64,000 bases of DNA from Amphiscolops sp. MND2022 (taxonomy: Eukaryota): contig OZ076409.1 of assembly GCA_964187785.1 (NCBI GenBank), positions 38,380,001 through 38,444,000 on the forward strand, in the 5' to 3' direction. How positions within the stretch are numbered: the first letter of the stretch is position 1; every line of letters begins with the position of its first letter. A model generated the notes under the pieces. The model was given only the letters and a program-made list of their open reading frames with translations, searched no databases and was not told where the DNA came from. The translations under genes and the position numbers were made by a program. Below, piece after piece: positions 27,731 to 39,356 of this stretch.

Positions 27731-28929
27731 TGTCATAGAGTAACTGAAGGATGATCGATGAATAACAATGCAAGGTTTGAAATGTTGTTTTGATGCAATA
27801 CGTATTATCTTGTCAATTCAATCTTTTCTGACAGTTCTGTTTTTTCCAGACTGGTATCTAATTAATGTTGACAATTAATGATACTACATATTTACAAACA
27901 CTCTACCGCAAACAAAACAGCAAAAATCATGTCTGCTTTTCATACAGACCTCAATCTTAGGCTCACTTCGTGAAGCCACACTTCAAAAATCATAATCTGG
28001 GATAACTTCTCATTTCAGTTAAGATGAAATTTCTGATTTTTTATTGAAACATTGTGTCCAAATCCTTGTCCAATAAATTTTTTGATTCGTTTCAAAAATC
28101 AGTAACGATTTGACTGACTGCAATCAGAATCAATGTGATGACCGGCAATTCTTGAAACTTTTTAAATTTTCCATTCTAGAACAAATTTCAATGGTTCATG
28201 ATTCACCTATAGCTGAGTCACCATAAATTGAACAGATCAGATGTACTAGTGCGCACTCAGTTGACACGAAAAAATACTCTCCTCTGGACTTAGAAAGGGT
28301 TTTTATGCTCCACCAACATCGAAGCCGGCAAAAACGGAAATTACAAGGAAAACAATGATGAAAAAGTTCACAGGCTCCATTAAAACTGAAATGTCAAAAA
28401 TTATAACTTTGTTCATTCTGCAATTTTCAGGTTCCGCAAAGGTCGGTAAAAAATGCTAGTCACCCACATTGTAAAGGTTGCAAATTATGGATAACAAGCC
28501 GTTTTTGTTATCTAGTTTTTTAGTCAGCGCTTTTAGTCACCGGCTATAGCAGTAACTTTTTTGAAGACCGGCGAACTGACAGATTTCTATTGGCATTTCT
28601 TTAGGTTAGGAACTCATCACTTGAATTAAAGACAAAGAAAACGAATACGAGAAAGTCCTGAACAAATGTCCTTGAACACTTTTGGAGTCTTAAGGGTGAC
28701 CTCTTTGTTTAATTTTTTGGTTCTGTGGAACTGATGGTAGAATTTTCACCATTTATGAGATTGACCTACGGTTTTTTCGGCACTGTACTGCGACTTTTCC
28801 GCAAAAAAAGCGTTCGGCGAGCTTAAAGCTCCTTTTTGTGACTTCCAAAGAAAAAATTCATAGAAATTATTAAATTTTGAGTCTTATCGAAGTCACTTCG
28901 GGTATTTTTGGCACCGAAAAATTGATAAT

Positions 28930-29175
28930 TGTTTCAGTTCCAAGTCAATGATAGCTTGATTTTTGGAAGTCGAAACGTGTGAACAAAAAACTTTCTAGTT
29001 TTCATTGCCGAAATTTGCTAGCAGTTAATCAACCGTCATTAATGTTATCAAACAAGTTGTGATTTCTGCAATTCTTGACCAAAGAACTCGTTGTTTTTAT
29101 TCTGCCGTTCCGAAATTAATCTCTTTGAAGAATAATATTTCTTTTCAATACGAATATATCAAACGAGGCGAAACA
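28930..29175 (+). repeat. BEL/Pao 5' LTR
   Basis: TGTTTC...GAAACA. No difference from the 3' LTR found by eye. Confidence 0.95.
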
Positions 29176-29178
29176 ACG

Positions 29179-29188
29179 TGGCGCCCAA
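29179..29188 (+). promoter_or_regulatory. Primer-binding site (tRNA-Lys-like)
   Basis: TGGCGCCCAA 3 nt after the 5' LTR matches the start of known tRNA-Lys PBS sequences. Confidence 0.7.
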
Positions 29189-29440
29189 ATTGTGCAACAG
29201 CCCACCCCATGAACCCGAGACGAACAACTTCGCAACAGAGATTTAGAAAATAGAAAAAACTTTTCGAAACTCAAGAAAAAGAAAAACTTTTAAACATTTG
29301 GACCTTTAAACTTTTTGTAATTCTTACTGTCTTTTTGAATTAATTTGATGTTGTCACTCGTGCAGTGCGCCTGCTTGAAAAACAAATAATACCAAATTTC
29401 GGCAAAGAACCCCTTCAAAAAAAAATTGTCCCTCCAGGTA

Positions 29441-30100
29441 ATGGTTTTTATTCTTGGCGCGAGTAATATCGACCGCACGCTAAGGAATCTCGACGTTAAC
29501 ACTAGACGTCGTCTCCGTCTTGACGTACTAGGCGTTCCGAGTTTATCGTTCAACGGAAACAACAGCAAACCGGAGACAACAGTTCAATATCAAATAAACA
29601 ACCTCCCAGTAAGTCGTCGCGAGGACATTGTCATTTGGCACGACGTTATAAATAACTCCCTTAGTGCCCACAAAAGTAACGGCAATCGCCCATTAACTGT
29701 CCAACAGTTACTGAACGAGATCATTCTCATTCGCCACCGTATCGTTGCAATAGTCTACGTGCAACGTGACGGAACTCCTTCTGTCTTCCGCCGCCTGATA
29801 GCTGAAACTGGCCTGCTAGTCTTGCATATAATTGATGACATTTATTCTACACAGCAACGCAAGCGAGGACTAGACTTGAATTTGTATCAATTGGTACATC
29901 CAGGTTTTTCTGTTGAGTGGAAAACTGTATCACTTGTTCGCTGGTATTCATATAATCTTCGTCGATTGATTGCACGTCCTCAGCGACCAAGCAACAAAAC
30001 TCGCAAATCATTGAAGAACAAAGTGGCCATTGCTGAAAATAGAAAAAATCGCCAAGCATCGAAACTGCTGGAAAAGAAGCTGAAAGGAAACCGAGCCTGA
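29441..30100 (+). CDS. Accessory ORF0 of the BEL element, 219 aa, putative SGNH/GDSL-hydrolase-like fold with basic C-terminal tail
   Basis: Uninterrupted ORF between PBS and gag. Motif order VFILGAS / VPSLS / DIVIWHDVINNS / YQLVHP parallels SGNH blocks I, II, III and V. K/R-rich tail. The fold assignment is inference. Confidence 0.65.
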   Translation: MVFILGASNIDRTLRNLDVNTRRRLRLDVLGVPSLSFNGNNSKPETTVQYQINNLPVSRREDIVIWHDVINNSLSAHKSNGNRPLTVQQLLNEIILIRHRIVAIVYVQRDGTPSVFRRLIAETGLLVLHIIDDIYSTQQRKRGLDLNLYQLVHPGFSVEWKTVSLVRWYSYNLRRLIARPQRPSNKTRKSLKNKVAIAENRKNRQASKLLEKKLKGNRA

Positions 30101-30220
30101 ATCGAAAAAATTCTCGTATTAAATCGTAACGCACCGTTCGGTCCGTAAGCTACCGTGTTCGCGTCCTCTGCCCCTAGCAAACATTCTATTGCCTAAAACA
30201 TAATCAACAGTTGCGGTCGC

Positions 30221-30469
30221 AGGTTGCTACTCTATCAGTGAACTCGAGGACTTCAACCCGAGTAGCTTGGGTTGTTGGTTGATTTGAGATCTCTGATTTT
30301 GCAGTAGCACCTTCTTCCTGTTCGTTTCGGTCTTTTTTTGTTTTCATCGAGTTTTTGTTTCTGGGCACGAGTTGCCGCTCTAATCGGCGAACTCGAGGAC
30401 TTCGACCCGAGTAGCTTGGGTCGTGGGATGATTTGAGTTGCCACCTAGAGCGGCCACTCGTCTCCCAGA
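30221..30469 (+). other. Two diverged copies of a structured RNA element (stem-loop with kink-turn consensus) between ORF0 and gag
   Basis: Core gaactcgaggacttc(a/g)acccgagtagcttgggt(t/c)gt(t/g)g(gt/ga)tgatttgag at ~30240 and ~30389, with compensatory changes and copy-specific outer stems. Confidence 0.65.
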
Positions 30470-30601
30470 CACGTTAGTTTCCGTTTTTTGAAACCGCATC
30501 GTTCTGGCCTGGGAGCACCTCTTCGAGGATTTTTGCAACCCTTCAAAGATTTTATTGATTCACCAGAGACTGAATTAAAATTTCAACTTTTCCCTTTGAC
30601 T

Positions 30602-33600
30602 ATGGAAGACGACACTTTCACTCGAAAAGCCCCCGCTCTTTACCAGTTACGCAAAAAAGCTGAAGCAGAACTTCTTGAAGTTCATGGCGCAGTAAAAGAA
30701 TCAGTCAGTTCTCAAGATCGTCGTGTACGTGTAAATAAACTAGTTCAAAAAAGTATTGAACGTATGCAATCACTATTTGAGCGGAATGACGCATTGCTCA
30801 AACTCTCCAAAAACTCCAAGCATCCGGAAAGACTAGCAACAGAGTTGGAAAACTATTTGAGTACTGTCACTTCAAAACATGATGATGTTCTGAAAGTTAC
30901 CAGTAGGTACCTTGAAGCTTTGACCGATGATGGAAAACCTGCAATTGAAGTTGAGCAAGCAGAAAAGATATCTCAAAAAACGCACTCCGTCCAATCAAAA
31001 ATCGCGAAATCTCAAAAATCATCGGAAAAAGACTTTTCACGTAAGTCTGCTTCGGTGTCCATGACTTCAAGTGAGAAAAAGCGACAGCTGCTTGTGGCTC
31101 GTTTAAGACGTGAGGAAATTGAAAAGCAGAACGAGGCAGAGATGCGCCTAGCGACGCAAAGAAAACAGCAGGAATTAGAAGAGCTTGCCGAAAAGAACCG
31201 GCAACGTCTCGTTTTGGCCAAAATTGATGAAGTCGAACTTCTGGATGATGAATTGGCTGTAGAGGAAGAAAATATTCTCCCTGATGTCTTCTCCGCACAT
31301 GCCAGCCCTGCACACGAGGAACGCACCGAGTCATGGGTAAACGCCGTACCCACCGGTGGCTTGACAGGTTTCGCAACTTTTGACCCGCAAAATGTTTTCT
31401 GTTCCCCATTAGATCAAGTTACTGATCATCATCGAACATCTGTTTCTGTTCAGGGGCCATCGTGTATTAGCTTTGACCGAAATTTCCTATGCGCATCCAC
31501 TGCGTTCAATCCATCACGTGTTTTCGAACCATCGGCTCAACCCAACGCTGTTGCCGATGCACCAATAGCTGTGCCAACCGACGATGAGCGTTTTTTGAAA
31601 AATACAACGCTAGCTAACTTGAAACCATCACCAACGTCGAACCCACCGACTGGTCGCATTACTGTTAAGGATCCACCTGGTGGCAGTAAGGAGCCAGTTA
31701 CTATCAAAGACCTTGCAGAATTGTTCACTTTGAGTCGCAAAGATGCACTGCCCGAATGGAACCTTTCTGAGTTCGACGGCGACCCTTTGAAATGGCCTGA
31801 ATGGTTTGGTCAATTCAATAGCACTGTAGATTCCGCTGCAATCTCTGACGATGCAAAGATGAATTACTTGAAGACATATGTCAAAGGCGAGGCTGCTTCA
31901 GAGATAGCTCATCTAGCGTATTGCGGGACTATGTATAAGGAAGCACTCGAAGCTCTGCAACGAAAATTCGGTCAACCCCACAGCATTGTAGCTGCCCACC
32001 TTGAGAGACTAAATAACTATCCTCAGGTCAAAATGCACAACTCTGAAGCAATCATTGCTTTCACTGGAATTGTTGCAAGTTTGGTGGGGGTGTTCCGATC
32101 GCTTAAGTACGACTCTGACTTGAAAAGTACTACGCTCTTGAATCAAGTAGTTTCAAAGTTACCACCAAACATGAAAGAAGGTTGGTCACTACATGTAGTT
32201 CGAAAGCGTTTTGTCCGTCCTTCTCTGATCGACTTCAAGGATTGGCTACAAGAAAAAGGTGACGCTCACTACCGAATGCGCACACTTCATCCTTCAACTC
32301 AACCAAAACTGGACTCCAAGAGTCTGGTAGTGAAATCAAAAACCTTCTCGCGTTCGTTTCAAGCCAGTTCGACCAATCCAGTGCGCAAAAATGCGACCAG
32401 TCTCCCAAAATGCGTTGCTTGCAACGAAACGCATTTTCTTTGGCGTTGTACAAAGTTCAAGCAAAAAACGCCCACTGAACGCGCAAAACTAGTGGCAGAA
32501 AGTAAACTTTGTTTCTCGTGCTTACAGCCCGACCATTCCTTTCGAAATTGTAGCAGGTCTCTGAAGTGTTCGAAAGAAGGATGCAACAGCTCACACAATA
32601 CACTGTTACACGGTGCGGACAGAGTTTTCCCGATTCGGGAAACAACGCAGGAAACACAGAAGTCGAAAACGCACCTGAAACAGTCTGTCACAGAAAATGC
32701 ATCCTTTTCAGCGTCCGCAACTGGCGTCAAAGGTCTTTTACAAATTTCACGACTTTCCGTATCCGCACAAGAACGAAGTGTAAACACATTAGCACTCTGT
32801 GATTCTGCCTGTAGTCACTCCTGGATATCAGCTGACCTTTCGAAAAAGCTGGGTTTGACCGGCAAACCCCTACGTTTGACCGTCAGTGGCATCAACACAC
32901 AAGAAATTATCGACACGACACAAGTAAAAATTCGAATTGCGTCATGCGATAAAGAAAATGATTTCGCCTTAGAAATTGCGCCCTTTGTAAAGAACGACAT
33001 CAACGTGGGAACAGATACTATTGATGTGAATCAGTTACAGCGGGAGTATCCTCATCTTGCCCCTCTTTCATTGCAAAACTACACGTATTCCGACGTCCAC
33101 GTTATCCTAGGTCAAGATGCTTTTGCTGCAATCCGCCCAATCGAATACTTCGATTGTGAACAACCGAATACTCCAGTAGCCGTCCGACTTCCGATTGGTT
33201 GGGTACTAAGTGGCCCTATGAAATCATCTACTTGTCTGCTATCGTTGTGTTTCAAAGTAAACAACAGCGACTTCGATTTGTCCGAGCAAATACGGTCTTG
33301 GTATGAAATGGACTCATTCGCTGCTTACAAACAAGTTGACCTGCGTTCACAATCCGACCAACGCGCGTTGGAAATGTTAAAGTCGTCTACTTTTTTCGAC
33401 GGTGAGCGGTATTCTGTAGGCATGCTTTGGGCGGAAAACAATTTGACCCTACCAGACAATTATTTTTCGTCCCTAGCACAACTGAAATCGCTCGAGAAAC
33501 GCTTCGAGAGGGATAGCGATTTGCAAAAGCGTTACTCTGAAACAATCAAAGTTGATCTCGAAAAAGGTTATATTGTCCAAGTTCCAGCTTACAGAAAAAA

Positions 33601-36600
33601 TAGTCGAACGTCAAAAGAGTGGTATCTACCACACCACCCAGTATTGAACCCCAACAAACCGGGTAAAGTCCGGAGGGTACTAAATGGAGCGGCTAAGTTT
33701 CAGGGACAGTCACTGAACAATAACTTGCTCATTGGACCAGACCTTCTACAAAATCTGGTGTACGTTCTGTTACGTTTTCGAGAACATCAATTTGCTGTTT
33801 CAGCAGACATTGAGGGTATGTTTTTACAAGTTGGCGTCCCAGCAGAAGATCAACCCTCCCTTCGTTTTTTGTGACGGAAGGATCCACGTGATGAGGTGTC
33901 AATCTTCCAATATACTCGTCACATCTTTGGGGCAAAGGATTCCCCAACTTGTGCAAATTTTGCTCTTCAACTGACTGGCCGTGATAATCAGGCACAATTC
34001 CCTGAAGTAGCAAATGCCATTGAGGAAAAATTCTATATGGACGACTATCTGGACTCTGCTGAATCTGTAGATGTGATTCTTGAACGATGTGAAAGTTTAG
34101 TCCGAGTTCTCAAAAAAGGAGGGTTCAAACTAACCAAGTTTGTCAGCAACGTGCCCACTATCGGCTTGAAACTAAATGATGATGAAAAAGGAGAAGAAGA
34201 CCCCACCGATTCTTGTCAACTTCTATTGCAAACCGCTGCACCATCTTCCTCTCATGTGCTTGGTCTCAAATGGGATCATAACGCAGATAGTCTCGTTGTC
34301 AGTAGAGGAGTGTGCAAGGCGTATGACAACCACGTTACACAACGCGTAGTGCTGTCTGGTGTTTCGTCTGTTTTCGACCCACTTGGTCTTGTCGCTCCGT
34401 TTACAGTCAAAGCAAGAATACTGCTGAAGGAAATTTGGTGCTCCCAAGGTCAAAACTGGGACAACACCCTTCCGCTTAATTTCCAACGTGCCTTCAAAGA
34501 ATGGTCCTTGGAACTGCCCCAGTTATCCAAAATAACCATCAAACGAAGTTACTTCAGAAACATGACTGAAATCCCAGAACTTCATATTTTTGGTGATGCG
34601 TCTCAAGATGCCTTTAGCGCAGTGGCATTTCTCCGTTGTAGAGTAGTCCAACCCGGTGGAAACCACGAAACCGAATTGTCGTTCGTGTTTGGGAAAGCAC
34701 GTGTAGCCCCAATGAAAGCACTTTCAATACCAAAACTTGAGCTTCAAGCGGCTTTATTGGCTGCCAGACTGAAAGAACTGATTTGTAAAGCACTAACTTT
34801 TGAAATCTCTTCTATTTTCCTTTGGACAGATAGTACTACAGTTTTACAGTGGTTACAATCAACTCAACGCCAACCAGCGTTCATTGCAAACCGTGTTGAA
34901 ACCAGGTGAAATCTTAGATAACACTACCTCCGATCAGTGGAACTACGTTCCTACGTCTAACAATCCCGCTGACTCAGGAACCCGTGGGCTCTCGGCTCAT
35001 GATTTGAATTCAAGCCACTGGATTTGCGGCCCTCCTTTCCTGAAAACGGATCAATGGCCTTTCCAACCCAGTCCCCCTCCAGCTGGTTGTTTCCTTCCAA
35101 GTAAAATTATGGAGGAGGCAACAACGAAAGATGCGCTGAACGTGGAAAGCATGACTTCCACTTGTGAAACAAGTTTAATTGACTGGTCAAAATTCAGTTC
35201 CTTCACAAAAGTACGCCGCGTCATGGCCTATGTGCTGCGATTACTTACAAAACATCACCACTTCCGCTCTGGGAAGCAAATTGTCGATCCTGACGAGTTA
35301 GCCAGAGCCGAAGAGAAACTGTTCTATCTGTCACAGGTCGAAACCTTCCCATCAGAACACAAATTGCTAAAACTGAAACAAAACTGTACTGCTTCTAGTC
35401 GAATTGCAACCCTGACTCCGTTTTGTGGTCCTAATTTGGTAATACGGTCCCGAGGTCGACTTCGCCGTCTCATGGAGTACGATTTCCAGTCAAAGCACCC
35501 AATAATTTTAGATTCCCGCCACCCGTTAGTACGTCTACTTCTCGAGTTCTTACATCGGGAAAATTTTCATCAGGGCATAGATTACCTGCGAGCTATTGTT
35601 CAGTCGCGTTTCCATGTGTTGCGATTGCGAACTACACTACGTAGTATTCAATTATCCTGTGTTGTTTGTCGAAAACGCAGAGTTAAACCTTCGCCTCCTA
35701 TCATGGCTGATCTTCCGAACGAACGACTAGGAGTTGATAGCCCCCCTTTCAGCTACACCGGCGTAGACTACTTCGGTCCCTTCTTTGTCAACATTCGCAG
35801 GACAACCGAAAAGCGATGGGGCTTCCTGTTCACCTGCCTGACTACCAGAGCTATTCATTTAGAAGTTGTTGCATCCATGGATACAAGCTCTTGCGTCATG
35901 GCTATCGAACGCTTCATAGCTCGCCGGGGCATGCCCAAAACGTTATGGTCTGACAATGGCACTAATTTTGTTGGAGCTGAAAAGGAGTTAACCCAATGTT
36001 TCAAAAACTGGAGTCACGACTCCATCAGCTCAACTCTCGCTGAAAAGGGGATACGGTGGAAGTTTAACCCACCAGGCACGCCACATCAAGGTGGCAGTTG
36101 GGAAAGACTTGTCCGAAGTTGTAAACAGGTCTTATATGTGATCTTGAATAACCGTCGATTAACTGAAGAGGTCTTGACTACTGCGCTGTGTCTCGTAGAA
36201 CAGGCCCTAAATGCTCGTCCGCTCACTTCGGTAAGTAGCGAAATCACCGACATGGAAGCGTTGACTCCAAACCATTTTTTGCTCGGTCGTAACAGCGTTA
36301 CACTACCTTCGTCCTTACTGAACACAAATGTAGACTTCAGAAAACGCTACTTGAAAGCTCAAGCCTACGCGAACGCTATTTGGGAACGTTGGCTGCGCGA
36401 TTACGCTCCACAACTGAACAAGCGTTCAAAATGGCATCGAGAATCTCACCAATGTTTGAAACCCGGAGACCTAGTCTGGATCCTGGACCCCACTAGTCCT
36501 CGGGGCTATTATCCGATGGCAAGAGTTACACAATTGCAATATGGTGATGACGGTGTAGCTCGCTCCGCTGAGCTCAAAACTCCTACCGGCACGATCGTTC

Positions 36601-36677
36601 GTCCAGTTATTAAATTAATAGCAGTTCTCGACACACCGATTTCCGGGGCGGAGGATGTTTCAGTTCCAAGTCAATGA
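30602..36677 (+). pseudogene. BEL/Pao gag-pol polyprotein interrupted by one premature stop (33872-33874) and one frameshift (~34900)
   Basis: Gag LPEWNLSEFDGDPLKW. Knuckles CVACNETHFLWRC, CFSCLQPDHSFRNC, CSKEGCNSSHNTLLH. Protease ALCDSACSHSWI. RT YLPHHPV and FYMDD. RNase H LHIFGDAS. Integrase GVDYFGP, SDNGTNF, GGSWERLV. The stop codon lies inside the 3' LTR. Confidence 0.93.
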
Positions 36678-36901
36678 TAGCTTGATTTTTGGAAGTCGAA
36701 ACGTGTGAACAAAAAACTTTCTAGTTTTCATTGCCGAAATTTGCTAGCAGTTAATCAACCGTCATTAATGTTATCAAACAAGTTGTGATTTCTGCAATTC
36801 TTGACCAAAGAACTCGTTGTTTTTATTCTGCCGTTCCGAAATTAATCTCTTTGAAGAATAATATTTCTTTTCAATACGAATATATCAAACGAGGCGAAAC
36901 A
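36656..36901 (+). repeat. BEL/Pao 3' LTR
   Basis: Same 246-bp sequence as 28930-29175, preceded by the PPT and followed by TSD ATAAT. Confidence 0.95.
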
Positions 36902-38628
36902 ATAATAATTTAACAATAGTGTATCTTTGCTTATTCAGAAACCTTGGTTTGGTTTGTTAGGCTTGTTAGGCTTTAGGATGCCCAAAGACGAAAAGAGCAT
37001 TTTCGAGTGCAAATGAAATTGAGTTGCAGTTCCATCCAAGATAGTTTGAAAATTTTTAGATCAAATTTCGTGCTACAATCGCGACTGTGATCATACCAAA
37101 ATTGAGGCCGTGAGCGTGTCACGATTCGTACAACGAATCGCGTAATGTAAGATCGTGTTACGAAACGTAAACAATTGAGTTCGTATACTAGGTGAACCAA
37201 AAAACCGAAAGCACAAAATATGTTCGTAATCGAAATCGTATTGTTTGCAAACAAGAAATCCTATCAAATTTCTGTCTATCGTTTAGAAAGAAACACTTGT
37301 TACGTAATCAAATCTTCAACCAAGGATGGTTCGAACCTTCAGAAAAAATCTATAGATCGTTTCAAAAAGTTCGCGAGACTAGGTACCAGTCTTTTAATTA
37401 GCGATGTTATGATATCAATTTCTGCAACCATGCGAGGCAACCGCACATCTGACGACCTTACAAAATCGATATACCGTTTTAAAGATGCAACCCCGGATTA
37501 TGTAAACTCAGCAATTGCTCGGATTTTTTTCGATTTCGGAGTCAGCACTTAGAGGAATCCTGAAGCGACGTATTGGGCAGAAAATGTCAAATTGGGTCAA
37601 AACTCTGTACTCACAAGAAGAATCAAGCATCAGCTTCTCGGCCGCGTTAATCGAAACTCAAAACTCCGGCTTTATGAACTTCTGTATACAGCCAGACGAC
37701 TTTTCTCCAATGCCACGGTACAGCATTGTTTTGAAAAATTGTGACATTTGAAAACGTGTTGCTGTAAAAGACGTTCTTACGAATGCTCAAAAAGATAGGA
37801 GAGTTAACTGGTGCCGTCGACATTTATTTTTTGACTTCACAAAAGGTATTTTCAGCGACGATTAATTAGTTCTAGTCTCGCGAATTTTTGAAACGATCTA
37901 TACATCGAGTGGTTGACGTACATTCTCGTTCAGAATGCTCTAAGAGTCTTCCTTTTATTCGAAAAGAAGGCTATATACTGAGTGAGAGAACAGCATGGAA
38001 AAGGACTTGGAGCACACAAAGTAGGGCCTCTATCAAGAAAAATGTAAAAACTGTAGTCAAAATGCTTTTGGGCATGACAGGGACTTGCTTTCTTCAGAAT
38101 TGATTGCTACAAATTGACAACTAGAAGGTGATGAATGCTATCCAAACACTTTTTGGCTCAAAACCGTGGGAAAATGAGTTTTAGATATTTTGATTAAGTA
38201 TTTTCAAACAGAAATCAAAATCCCGATAAACAGCTCCACTTGAACCAATTCAAGAATTCTTATCCAATTGAACCCAATTTTGAAAAAGTTGAGCAAAATG
38301 CGGGAAAATACTTTCTACCATTGTTAATATTCGACATATGCTTTTAGAGTAACTTTAAGACCATCGAAGCAAATCGCGAAAATCGGACTCACTCGAATGA
38401 TACTTACCATAGATATCTTTCAAAATTCTGGTCGAAAGCTAATTTTTTTTAATTAGAAAAGTGAGAACTTTGCGGCATTCTGACGCTGATTTACAATATT
38501 TAATGCTCCTTGAGGCAGATGCCGCTCGGTTGTAAAAACCCGTTTATAGAAGTTTGAGGCGATAACCGGTTCGACAATAGCCAAAAATCAACAGTATAAT
38601 CATTCGGGAGGTGATTTCTCGATATTTG

Positions 38629-39356
38629 AAACAAGCCGGGACCGGCCCAAGTCGGCGCCATATCCAAGGCTCAAAAATAGCAAAAGGACTTCCAAAAGTC
38701 AATTTACCGTACTCGAAATTCGAAAAGGCAAAAAAAATGGACCGAGTGGCGCGCCGGGGCCCGCTAGCGCGAGCCCCTGGCGCGCTGAAAGGGGGACACT
38801 TCCGAAATTGTCAGCATTTATGTCGCTGTTGAAGGGGGACCCTTTGGAGAAAAAACAAATTTTCGAAAAAAGTCTCACAATGACGAAAAACTGAAAGGGG
38901 GACCCTTTGGGATTTTTAAACACCCAATCTGTTGTAAAATATCAAAGAAATTGAAGGGGGGACCCTTTGGAGAGAAAATAATTTTAGGAAAAAAGTCTCA
39001 CAGTGCCGAAAAAACTGAAAGGGGGGACCCTTTGGGATTTTCCAACATCCATTCTGTCGCAAAACAGCAGAAAAATTGAAGAAGGGACCCTTTGTGGAAA
39101 AATTATTTTCCGAACAAAAAGTCTCGCAGTGCCGGAAAAAATTGAAAAGGGGGACCCTTTGGTCTCGCCCGGTATGGTATGTTACGCGGGAAAACAGGAA
39201 AAACATTTTTGGTTCAGTTCGCTAGACCAAATAGTGCAATTTGGTGCAATATTTTTTTGTATAATTTTTAAGAACTATTTTGGTCAGTTCGTGTGGATTG
39301 AAAAAAAAAAGAAAAGCCACTATAATAGTCGCGTTTCACTTCATGAAGCGCCGATT
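38629..39356 (-). mobile_element. Well-preserved HINE-like element with central tandem subunits, nested in the Tc1 relic
   Basis: aaacaagccgggaccggcccaAGTCGGCGCC at one end. 'gggggaccctttgg...aaaaagtctcacagtgccgaaaaa' subunits repeated. Other end AGTCGCGTTTCACttcaTGAAGCGCCGA. Confidence 0.7.

Larger units (their letters stand above)
28930..36901 (+). mobile_element. Full-length BEL/Pao LTR retrotransposon with an extra 5' ORF
   Basis: 246-bp LTRs (28930-29175, 36656-36901), 5-bp TSD ATAAT, PBS TGGCGCCCAA at 29179, PPT ggggcggagga at 36645-36655. Domain order gag-PR-RT-RH-IN with BEL-type motifs. Confidence 0.97.

Noticed and set aside
30221..30469. Hammerhead ribozyme or CRISPR-like repeat
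   Set aside because: No CUGANGA...GAAA core found on either strand. Only two repeats, no spacer array or cas genes, and the context is eukaryotic.
33872..33874. In-frame TGA as programmed readthrough or selenocysteine, given the GA-quartet hairpins in the element
   Set aside because: It replaces a conserved Trp in mid-RT, which is a single TGG>TGA change. The hairpins are upstream and have the opposite polarity to a SECIS, with no apical AA.
30897..34486. Antisense and overlapping ORFs within gag-pol (e.g. 30897-31409, 32359-32787)
   Set aside because: Shadow frames of a long coding region with no recognisable motifs.
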